DNA of 39,267 bases from Bacillota bacterium (GTDB lineage: Bacteria; Bacillota_I; Bacilli_A; RFN20; CAG-826), in assembly GCA_023457325.1 (NCBI GenBank), contig JAEWLX010000045.1, positions 1 to 39,267 of the forward strand, read 5' to 3'. The position numbers and the translations under genes were made by a program. This document shows, piece by piece, positions 17,708 through 24,973 of the stretch. The notes beneath the pieces were generated by a model. The model saw only the letters and a program-made list of their open reading frames with translations. It ran no database searches and had not been told where the DNA came from. How positions within the stretch are numbered: the first letter of the stretch is position 1; each line of letters starts with the position of its first letter.

Positions 17708-18397
17708 TTATAACAAATTCGGAATGACAACCGCAAGAACAGCAAAAACTAATGTTAGTGGTGATAAAACATACATGAGCCAGTTCGGCGATTTAATCGT
17801 TACTTTCTTCATCGTAAGTAAAGCTTGAGCTAAACGATAAACGCCATAAATGATGGCGAAGACCAATAATTCGTAGGCACCATTGACAAAGATAAAGCGC
17901 GTACTTGCCTCAAAATTAGAAAGCTGAGCAGCAAGATTACCGCTAATGGCTGATTGAATGCCTTGGTTAGCTAAGAACAAAACGCGCCACGATACGATAG
18001 CTAAAACAATCGCCCCGAGATGAATAAATGTTTGTTTGGCTGGTGAAGTTTTCTTTTCAAAGATATAGCTCACAGCAAAGACGGTGATTGATTCCAAAAT
18101 AATCGAAATCATTGGCGTATAAACTCTCATTAATCCTTCCCAATGAATTGGGAAAGCAAAGTTAATGGCTTTAATTGCGGCGGCGAGTAAACCGACATAA
18201 AGGATTGTGCTTCTGCGCCCTGTGTTTTGATAAGCCCAATACATTAATGCTGAGCCAATCGGAAACATGACAAGACCTGACCACATATTTGGTAACCAAT
18301 GAAGAAGATAGCCCACCGTAGCTTCAAGCAAGCCCCAAACGGCACCGAAAAAGATAACGGCAAATAGTGTGTTCAACTTAGATTTTTTGTTATTCAT
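17708..18397 (-). CDS. Integral membrane protein (~6-7 TM), unknown family, possibly transporter/S-component-like
   Basis: 229-aa hydrophobic ORF (MNNKKSKLNTLFAVIFFGAVWGLLEATVGYLLHWLP...). No family recognised. It is embedded between the two Mo-hydroxylase gene sets. Confidence 0.6.
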   Translation of the reverse strand: MNNKKSKLNTLFAVIFFGAVWGLLEATVGYLLHWLPNMWSGLVMFPIGSALMYWAYQNTGRRSTILYVGLLAAAIKAINFAFPIHWEGLMRVYTPMISIILESITVFAVSYIFEKKTSPAKQTFIHLGAIVLAIVSWRVLFLANQGIQSAISGNLAAQLSNFEASTRFIFVNGAYELLVFAIIYGVYRLAQALLTMKKVTIKSPNWLMYVLSPLTLVFAVLAVVIPNLL

Positions 18398-18409
18398 AAC
18401 AATACTCCT

Positions 18410-20719
18410 TTATTTTCCTTTGTTGAGCCCCTGAAATATTTTTTCAGGAGTAACCGGCAATTTATTGATTCGCACGCCGGTTGCGTTTGCGACTGCGTTA
18501 GCAATTGCAGCTGGAGGCGTGTCAATACCGATTTCACCAACCGACTTCGCGCCATACGGTCCGCTTTCCTCAAAACTTTCCGCGAACTCAGTCGTTAGTT
18601 TCTTAACGTCGAGCATCGATGGAATTTTATAGTAGAGGAAGCTGTTGCTATTTAGCTTTCCGCGGTTGCTGTATTTTACGTCTTCAAAACAAGCCATGCC
18701 TAAACCTTGTACAATTCCACCTTCAACTTGTCCTTTGGCGAGCATTGGATTAATCGTTACACCGCAGTCGACGACACTGACATAATGAAGAATGTCATAT
18801 TCGCCAGTCTCGGTGTCGAGTTCAATTTCGACATATCCCGCCATAAATGGCGGAGGTGATTTATGACCAACATAGCTTTCAGTCGCTGTCAGTTGATGTT
18901 GATTTTCATTGTAATAAAGGCGGTTAGCCAAATCAGAAAGGGTTAAGACCTTGTCTTTGCTAGTAAATTTTTCACCGTCAAAAACAACTTCTTCTTCTTT
19001 TGAATTTAAATAGTTAGCCGCTTCTTTAATTAGCATGCTTTTCATCTTCAAGGCCGCCTTTAATGCGGCATTGCCAGAAACATAGGTTGTGCTTGAAGCA
19101 TAGGCACCGACATCAAATGGAGTTAAATCGGTATCAGATGAATAAATAATTACTTTATCAACAGAGGTCATTAAAGCCTCGGCAACGATTTGCGTGATGA
19201 CGGTATCACTTCCCTGGCCGATATCAGTTGCGCCAACAGTAAGGTTATAGAATCCGTCGTCGTTGAGTTTAATCGTAGCAGCAGCCATATCGATATAAGG
19301 AATGCCACTTCCTTGCATCGCAATCGCCATGCCAACAGCGCGAACTTTATTTGGACCAACTTTAACAAATGGATATTTATCCTTCCAGCCAATTAATTCC
19401 GCACCACGATCGAGGCAATAACGAAGTTTACACGTATCCATATCCATGGCTGTGCCTTCTGTGCCCTCGCCCATGATAGCAAAGATTGGACTTGTCTCGC
19501 CTTCTTCCATCATATTTTTACGACGGAGTTCAAGCGGATCAATATTTAATCTTTTGGCGAGAACGTCAATGGCTGATTCGAGAGCAAAGTTGCCTTGAAT
19601 CGCTCCATATCCGCGATAGGCACCGGCTGAAACGTGGTTAGTGTAAACGACACGCCCACCAAAGCGAACGGCATCAACTTTATTATAAAGTGGCAAGACC
19701 TTTGAACCAGTAATCATGAAGACGGTTAAAGCGTGTTCTCCATAAGCTCCGGTATCAGACAAACTATAACAATCAATGGCCTTTAAAGTACCGTCTTTCA
19801 TCGCGCCTAAACGCATTCTAATTCGCATAGGATGACGGGTGTAGGAAGATTCAAAAACTTCCTGACGTGAGTAAATCATCTTTGATGGCTTTTTCGTTTT
19901 TAAAGTAACAAGCGAGACAAAGAATTCACCATGAATAGCCTGTTTGCCACCAAAACCACCGCCCACTCTTGGCTTGATAACGCGAATCTTGCTAATCGGC
20001 ATATCAAGTGTTTGTGAAATAATCCTTCTAACATGATATGGCGTTTGCGTGGCCGTATAAATGACGAGCCGATTATGATAATCGAGTCTTGCATTAGCGG
20101 TGTGAGGCTCTAGCATCGCATGAGCTTGGGCCTGCGTGTAATAAGTTTCGTCAATTACGACATCACATTTAGATAAGGCATCTTCGACATCGCCGACGTG
20201 CATGTCATAGGCGGCAGCGACGTTTTTCTTGGGTTCAAAACCGATTGGAAACATCTCGTGAATGCCGTCCTCAGGATGAATGATATTTTTGTTTTCATAG
20301 GCAGTCTCGTAATCCAAGACAGGTTCAAGAACTTCGTATTCGACTTCAATAAGTTTTAAGGCTTGATCGGCGATAGATTCATTAATGGCTGCCACGCAAG
20401 CGACTTCGTCACCAACGTAACGAACATACTCATCTAAAATAAACTTATCGTGGGGAGATGGTTCGGGATAACCCTGCCCAGCTCTCGTAAAAGATTTGCG
20501 AGGTACATCGTGATGGGTTAAAACGACTTCCACACCAGTTAAGTCTTTAGCCTTTGATACATCAATTTTCTTAATCTTAGCAAAAGCATGTGGACTTCTT
20601 AAAACCTTGACAATTAAAGAATTGGCCTCAGCAAGATCATCCGTAAAGGCCGGACGACCCATCATGATTCCTTTACCGTCAACTGAAGGCGTTTTTTGAT
20701 TTACAACTTTTGTTTTCAT
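18410..20719 (-). CDS. Molybdenum hydroxylase molybdopterin-binding subunit, set 2 (XdhD/XdhA-like)
   Basis: 769 aa. It carries GGGFGGKQA (Gln in place of the XDH Glu802 equivalent), AYRGYGAIQ (Arg retained) and AKSVGEIGI (catalytic Glu). Confidence 0.9.
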   Translation of the reverse strand: MKTKVVNQKTPSVDGKGIMMGRPAFTDDLAEANSLIVKVLRSPHAFAKIKKIDVSKAKDLTGVEVVLTHHDVPRKSFTRAGQGYPEPSPHDKFILDEYVRYVGDEVACVAAINESIADQALKLIEVEYEVLEPVLDYETAYENKNIIHPEDGIHEMFPIGFEPKKNVAAAYDMHVGDVEDALSKCDVVIDETYYTQAQAHAMLEPHTANARLDYHNRLVIYTATQTPYHVRRIISQTLDMPISKIRVIKPRVGGGFGGKQAIHGEFFVSLVTLKTKKPSKMIYSRQEVFESSYTRHPMRIRMRLGAMKDGTLKAIDCYSLSDTGAYGEHALTVFMITGSKVLPLYNKVDAVRFGGRVVYTNHVSAGAYRGYGAIQGNFALESAIDVLAKRLNIDPLELRRKNMMEEGETSPIFAIMGEGTEGTAMDMDTCKLRYCLDRGAELIGWKDKYPFVKVGPNKVRAVGMAIAMQGSGIPYIDMAAATIKLNDDGFYNLTVGATDIGQGSDTVITQIVAEALMTSVDKVIIYSSDTDLTPFDVGAYASSTTYVSGNAALKAALKMKSMLIKEAANYLNSKEEEVVFDGEKFTSKDKVLTLSDLANRLYYNENQHQLTATESYVGHKSPPPFMAGYVEIELDTETGEYDILHYVSVVDCGVTINPMLAKGQVEGGIVQGLGMACFEDVKYSNRGKLNSNSFLYYKIPSMLDVKKLTTEFAESFEESGPYGAKSVGEIGIDTPPAAIANAVANATGVRINKLPVTPEKIFQGLNKGK

Positions 20720-21168
20720 TTATGAGCCTCCAAATATTTTTTAATCGCTTTAAACTGAGATTGATAACCCGAGCAGCGGCATAAATTGCCAGCGACAAAG
20801 TGCTTAATATCCTCATCAGTCGGATTGTTAAGTTCTTTTCTTAGGGCGAGGATGGTAAGAGCAAGACCAGTATTACAAAAACCGCATTGATCAGCGCCTT
20901 CGTCCGCAAAGAAATCACTAATCTCATCAACTTCATCTTGTAATGCTTCCACGGTTGTGACATTTCTTCCTTCCACTCTCGCGGACAAAAATGAACAGGA
21001 CAATATTGGGCGTCCGTCTAATAAGACGGTGCACGCTCCGCAGGCTGCTTCGTCACAAGCTTTTTTGACTGATAAAACGGAATGGCTTCTTAAAGTATCA
21101 GCTAGATATTCTCCGGGAGTGATGTCGTAGCTAACATAACGACCATTTAGATTAAAGTTAACTTTCAT
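20716..21168 (-). CDS. Molybdenum hydroxylase [2Fe-2S] subunit, set 2
   Basis: CDEAACGACTV, QCGFCNTG and NLCRCSGY. 150 aa. 4-nt overlap with the Mo subunit gene. Confidence 0.9.
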   Translation of the reverse strand: MKVNFNLNGRYVSYDITPGEYLADTLRSHSVLSVKKACDEAACGACTVLLDGRPILSCSFLSARVEGRNVTTVEALQDEVDEISDFFADEGADQCGFCNTGLALTILALRKELNNPTDEDIKHFVAGNLCRCSGYQSQFKAIKKYLEAHK

Positions 21169-21962
21169 TATTTGCTAACCTCCTCAAGACCACGTTTGAC
21201 ATAGGCTTTTGCCAAAGCTTTGCGATACTCAGCGCTGGCAGCACCTGTCGAAGCGTAAAGAAGTTCTTCAGAGGCAAGTTCAGCGGCCTTATTTATAAGT
21301 TCATTAGAAAGATTCTTGGCATTATTAACTACTTCCATTGATTTAGATGCTAATGAGGCGACAGAAGGACGACTGCCTATCGCTATGCGATACTTGCCAT
21401 CAATATTAGCGATGGCCACATTAACGACAGCAAAATCAAGAGCGGTTGTTTTGACTTTTTTAAAGAAGGAAGGACCTTGGCTTTTTTTAATGACAATATG
21501 TGTCAAAATATCGCTCAAACGTCCTTTAAAGCTTAAAAAATCGTTAAGCGTCATTTCCTTGTGCGGATAAAAGACGAGTTTTGTCTCAAGTGCCAATAAG
21601 GGAGTAATAATATCAGAAAAGGGAAATCTACCAGCGACCGAACCACCGATTGTCGCACTATTGCGAAAGGCAACACCCATGATTTGGCTTACCGCTTCAA
21701 TCAAGATGCCTCCTTGAATATTTTTAAGTAACGGACTCAGTTCAAAATCTCTAAGGCTGACCATAGCTCCAACTTCGACTGTGTCACCAAGATCTTTGAT
21801 GGTATCAAGTCCAAGAGCGCTTAAATCAACTAAGGTGTTTGCAGAAGAAGTTGACTTCTTAAGCCAAAGACCACCGCCCAACAAAACGTTTTTTGCATCT
21901 TGAAGCAAGATTTGGTGAGCTTCTTCAAGGGTCGCGGGTCGTAAGTAGCGATTTGCTTCCAT
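21168..21962 (-). CDS. Molybdenum hydroxylase FAD-binding subunit, set 2 (YgfM-like short form)
   Basis: 264 aa. FRNSATIGGSVAGRFPFSDIITPLLALETKLVF resembles the CoxM/YgfM FAD domain. The usual AGGT(D/N)L motif is degenerate (LGGGLWL). Confidence 0.8.
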   Translation of the reverse strand: MEANRYLRPATLEEAHQILLQDAKNVLLGGGLWLKKSTSSANTLVDLSALGLDTIKDLGDTVEVGAMVSLRDFELSPLLKNIQGGILIEAVSQIMGVAFRNSATIGGSVAGRFPFSDIITPLLALETKLVFYPHKEMTLNDFLSFKGRLSDILTHIVIKKSQGPSFFKKVKTTALDFAVVNVAIANIDGKYRIAIGSRPSVASLASKSMEVVNNAKNLSNELINKAAELASEELLYASTGAASAEYRKALAKAYVKRGLEEVSK

Positions 21963-21981
21963 GTTTGTTTCCTTTCTTTAT

Positions 21982-22530
21982 TTATAATTTTTGATAGTCA
22001 CGAGGGGTATCGATGTCCATCAAAATTTGTGAATCCTCTGTCTTGATTATTTCATAATCGTGTCGATTGCGAAATAGTTTCAGGTTCGAAGTTACTGGCT
22101 CATTAAGCAATTCATCTTTAATAGAATGCTTAATAAAGAGTGGGTGACCAGTTCGATTTTGATAGACTGGGACACGCATTTCTTTGCTCCCCAAAAGCAA
22201 TTTTTGATACGTGTCGCCGCTTACAAAGGGACAATCTCCCGGAAGAATAAAAAAATCGCCCTTCGTTTTACGAACACCGGCTTGAACGGAACTAAACATT
22301 CCTTTCGAATAGTCGGAATTATAAACGATGGTGACCTTTGAATATGATTTTAGGGCCTCTTTAACTTCTTCGTGATAGTGCCCAGTCACAACGATAACTT
22401 CATCAACAAAGGGGAGCATTCCTTCAACGGCATGGGCAATTAAAAACCTTCCCTTGTGAGTTAATAGCATTTTATTCGTCTCGGCTCGGCTGGAGTAGCC
22501 GGCCGCTAGGATAATCCCTTGGGTCATCAA
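21982..22530 (-). CDS. mocA: Molybdenum cofactor cytidylyltransferase (MocA/YgfJ-like nucleotidyltransferase)
   Basis: N-terminal GIILAAGYSSR nucleotidyltransferase motif and PGDCPF. 182 aa. It is the first gene of the Mo-enzyme operon, with AAGGAG SD. Confidence 0.8.
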   Translation of the reverse strand: MMTQGIILAAGYSSRAETNKMLLTHKGRFLIAHAVEGMLPFVDEVIVVTGHYHEEVKEALKSYSKVTIVYNSDYSKGMFSSVQAGVRKTKGDFFILPGDCPFVSGDTYQKLLLGSKEMRVPVYQNRTGHPLFIKHSIKDELLNEPVTSNLKLFRNRHDYEIIKTEDSQILMDIDTPRDYQKL

Positions 22531-22621
22531 GTTTACTCCTTGTTTTAATACCAGTTATGATGATTCAACAATGTTGTATTCATCAAACTGTGAAATCTAT
22601 CGAGGTGTTTACAACAACTAA

Positions 22622-22650
22622 ATTATAAATGGTGAGCGCTTTCATTGCAA
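22622..22650 (-). promoter_or_regulatory. SigA-type promoter of the purine-catabolism operon: TTGCAA-17 nt-TATAAT
   Basis: The reverse complement of 22622-22650 reads TTGCAA TGAAAGCGCTCACCATT TATAAT. This leaves an ~84-nt leader before mocA. Confidence 0.6.
22631..22644 (-). promoter_or_regulatory. cre (CcpA catabolite-responsive element) inside the promoter spacer: TGAAAGCGCTCACC
   Basis: Matches the cre consensus TGWAANCGNTNWCA at every specified position except the last. It starts immediately after the -35 hexamer. Confidence 0.55.
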
Positions 22651-22724
22651 ACGCGTATTTGTGTCACACCCGCCTACCACTCGCTCGATTCCAAATGCGA
22701 AACCAAGAAGAGTATCTCATTCCG

Positions 22725-22753
22725 TTGTTGTCGTTTTTAAGAAGGCGTATAAT
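22725..22753 (+). promoter_or_regulatory. SigA-type promoter of the carbamate kinase gene: TTGTTG-17 nt-TATAAT
   Basis: 22725-22730 = TTGTTG and 22748-22753 = TATAAT with a 17-nt spacer, 41 nt upstream of the ATG. Confidence 0.5.
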
Positions 22754-22794
22754 GTTAATGTTGTGCACATTATTCGTGCAAAAAGGAAATAAAT

Positions 22795-23715
22795 ATGAGT
22801 AGATATGTCGTCTCACTAGGGGGCAACGCCCTCGGAAACAATGCCGAAGAACAAAAAAGACTATTAATCAATGTAGCCACGCCAATTGTGGCTTTGATTA
22901 AAGCTGGACATGAAGTAATTATTGTCCACGGAAATGGGCCACAAGTCGGTATGATTAATCTGGCTTTCGCTGAATCGAAATCGACTCCGGATATGCCTTT
23001 TCCAGAATGTGGAGCAATGAGCCAAGGCTACATTGGTTTTCACTTGCAAAACGCGATATTTAACGAACTTGCAAAGCAAAACGTCGATAAGCACGTGGCA
23101 ACAATTGTCACTCAAGTCGTTGTCGACGCAAATGATCCTCTCTTTTTAAACCCTACGAAACCAGTCGGTGCTTTTTATAGTCAAGAAGAAGCAGAAATCA
23201 TCGCTTTGGAAAAAGGCTATACGATGAAAGAAGATAGTGGGCGTGGCTATCGCCGCGTTGTCGCTTCTCCCTTACCAATTGATGTCGTAGAAAAGGACAT
23301 GATACTCAGTTTACTTAAAGACAAACATGTTGTTATTTGTGCCGGCGGCGGAGGTATTCCCGTCATTAGAAAAGGACAGCATTTGGAAGGAATCGCCGCT
23401 GTCATCGATAAAGACTATGCCAGTGCGAAAGTTGCCGCTCTTGTCGATGCCGATTATTTAGTCATTTTAACTGCTGTTGATAATGCCTATATTAACTATA
23501 AAAAACCAGGCGAAAAAAGACTTGAAAAAGTCACAATGAGTGAAATTGAAAAATACGCTGAAGAGGGTTTCTTTGCCAAAGGAAGTATGTATCCAAAAGT
23601 TCAAGCGTGTTTAATGTTATTAAAAGCTAAAAAAGGTAAAACAGCTATTATCACGTCTCTTGAAAAAGCACAGGAAGCCTTTGTTGAAAAGGTCGGTACA
23701 ATCATTAAATCTTAG
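22795..23715 (+). CDS. yqeA: Carbamate kinase (YqeA/ArcC type)
   Basis: SLGGNALG, HGNGPQVGMINLAF, LNPTKPVG, EDSGRGYRRVVASP, GGGGIPV, AVIDKDYASA and FAKGSMYPKV are classic carbamate kinase motifs, very close to E. coli YqeA as recalled. Confidence 0.92.
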   Translation: MSRYVVSLGGNALGNNAEEQKRLLINVATPIVALIKAGHEVIIVHGNGPQVGMINLAFAESKSTPDMPFPECGAMSQGYIGFHLQNAIFNELAKQNVDKHVATIVTQVVVDANDPLFLNPTKPVGAFYSQEEAEIIALEKGYTMKEDSGRGYRRVVASPLPIDVVEKDMILSLLKDKHVVICAGGGGIPVIRKGQHLEGIAAVIDKDYASAKVAALVDADYLVILTAVDNAYINYKKPGEKRLEKVTMSEIEKYAEEGFFAKGSMYPKVQACLMLLKAKKGKTAIITSLEKAQEAFVEKVGTIIKS

Positions 23716-23730
23716 TCTTTTTACATAATA

Positions 23731-23777
23731 AAAACACCGTTATTGCGTTAATTTTGCAGCAATTCCGGTGTTTTTTT
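23731..23777. terminator. Bidirectional rho-independent terminator between convergent yqeA and serA
   Basis: AAAAACACCG...(inner ATTGC/GCAAT stem)...CGGTGTTTTTTT. An A-run lies on one side and a T-run on the other. Confidence 0.7.
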
Positions 23778-23783
23778 GTTTAA

Positions 23784-24965
23784 TTAGTGAATAACGCGAA
23801 GACGAATAACTCCGGCAATTTCGGCAAGGGATTCGCCAAGACAAACACCATTCGCGCAGTTTCCGCTCGTCTTAACAAAATCGACGAGAGTGACACCATA
23901 ATTGCCTTTGGTTTTACTGGCGATTTGTTTAACGACACCACGAGTCTCAACGACTTTAATAATTTGTCCTGAGATACCTTCGTTTGCATCATGAAGAATG
24001 ACGATACGATGAGCATCTGTTTTTGCACCTAATTCGATATTGGGATAATTAACGGAGTTGACGATATTGCCGTTATTAATAAAATCGACAATTTGTCTTA
24101 CGGCCATCGTCGCACAGTTATCCTCGGCTTCTTCGGTTGAAGCACCGAGATGAGGGATGGCAACGACACCTTCCATGTTCGCTGTGGCGTGGTTTGGAAA
24201 ATCAGTGACATATTTACGGACTTTTCCGGCGATTAGGGCTTCTTTTATATTTTCATCATTAACAATAGCGTCGCGTGCTAGATTGACGATGATAACTCCT
24301 TCTTTCATCTTGGCAATTGTTTCGCGATTGATCATGCCTTTGGTGGCAGGAAGAAGCGGAACGTTAAGACTGATATAATCGCTTGCAACATATAGCTCAT
24401 CTGCGCTAGCAACGATATTTATATCGTTTGGTAGCAAATCGCGATTCTTTTCAATTGTCGCCTGTGAAGGTTCGTAGGCTACGACCTTCATACCCATACC
24501 ATGAGCGGCTTGAGCGACTAAAGAACCAACTGCCCCAAGACCAAAAATGCCAAGTGTTTTGCCAAGGATTTCTGTTCCGGCGAAAGCTGCTTTAGCCTTT
24601 TCCATACTCTTGTTGATTTCGACATCTTCTTTGTTGGCTTCGACCCATTTCATACCGCCATGAATATCACGAGCGGCCATGAGCATACCAGCAATGGTTA
24701 ATTCTTTAACGGCATTGGCGTTGGCGCCTGGTGTATTAAAGACAACAACGCCTTCTTTTGCGTAATCATCAAGAGGAATATTGTTGACGCCGGCACCAGC
24801 TCTGGCGACTGCCAAAACGCTTTCCGGTAATTTCATTTCGTGCATAACAGCACTGCGAACTAAAATGGCATCGGCTTCATTTACGTCAGCAGTCACTTCA
24901 TAATCAGCGGGAAGCGTTTTTAAACCTACTGGCGAAATTTTATTTAGACATAGTATCTTTCTCAT
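23784..24965 (-). CDS. serA: D-3-phosphoglycerate dehydrogenase (2-hydroxyacid dehydrogenase family with C-terminal ACT-like domain)
   Basis: NAD-binding GIFGLGAVGSLVA and the catalytic region PHLGAST. 393 aa. Immediately downstream of serC. Confidence 0.85.
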   Translation of the reverse strand: MRKILCLNKISPVGLKTLPADYEVTADVNEADAILVRSAVMHEMKLPESVLAVARAGAGVNNIPLDDYAKEGVVVFNTPGANANAVKELTIAGMLMAARDIHGGMKWVEANKEDVEINKSMEKAKAAFAGTEILGKTLGIFGLGAVGSLVAQAAHGMGMKVVAYEPSQATIEKNRDLLPNDINIVASADELYVASDYISLNVPLLPATKGMINRETIAKMKEGVIIVNLARDAIVNDENIKEALIAGKVRKYVTDFPNHATANMEGVVAIPHLGASTEEAEDNCATMAVRQIVDFINNGNIVNSVNYPNIELGAKTDAHRIVILHDANEGISGQIIKVVETRGVVKQIASKTKGNYGVTLVDFVKTSGNCANGVCLGESLAEIAGVIRLRVIH

Positions 24966-24973
24966 TGTTCCTC

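Noticed and set aside
5200-22530. Selenocysteine recoding (in-frame TGA + SECIS) in the selenium-associated gene set
   Set aside because: All ORFs are continuous and full-length relative to their families, with no split ORF pair joined by TGA. Selenium in this enzyme class is a labile cofactor ligand rather than Sec, so nothing in the sequence supports recoding.
22698-22710. PucR-box-like sequence (minus strand CTTCTTGGTTTCG) between the divergent promoters
   Set aside because: It shares TTGGTT with the Bacillus PucR consensus WWWCNTTGGTTAA but mismatches the flanking conserved positions. No pucR-like gene is in the window, so the evidence is too weak.
22531-22794. Riboswitch (guanine/xanthine-NMT1/Moco class) in front of the purine operon
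   Set aside because: Long-range complementarity (ACAACAAC 22611-18 / GTTGTTGT 22724-31) first suggested a structured leader. However, the best promoter (22622-22650) places most of that region upstream of the transcription start. I could not find the purine-riboswitch hallmarks (UAUAAU...GGAUAUGG...CUACC...CCGUAAAU) on either strand. I cannot recall the NMT1/Moco consensus well enough to exclude them formally, so an Infernal/Rfam scan would settle it.
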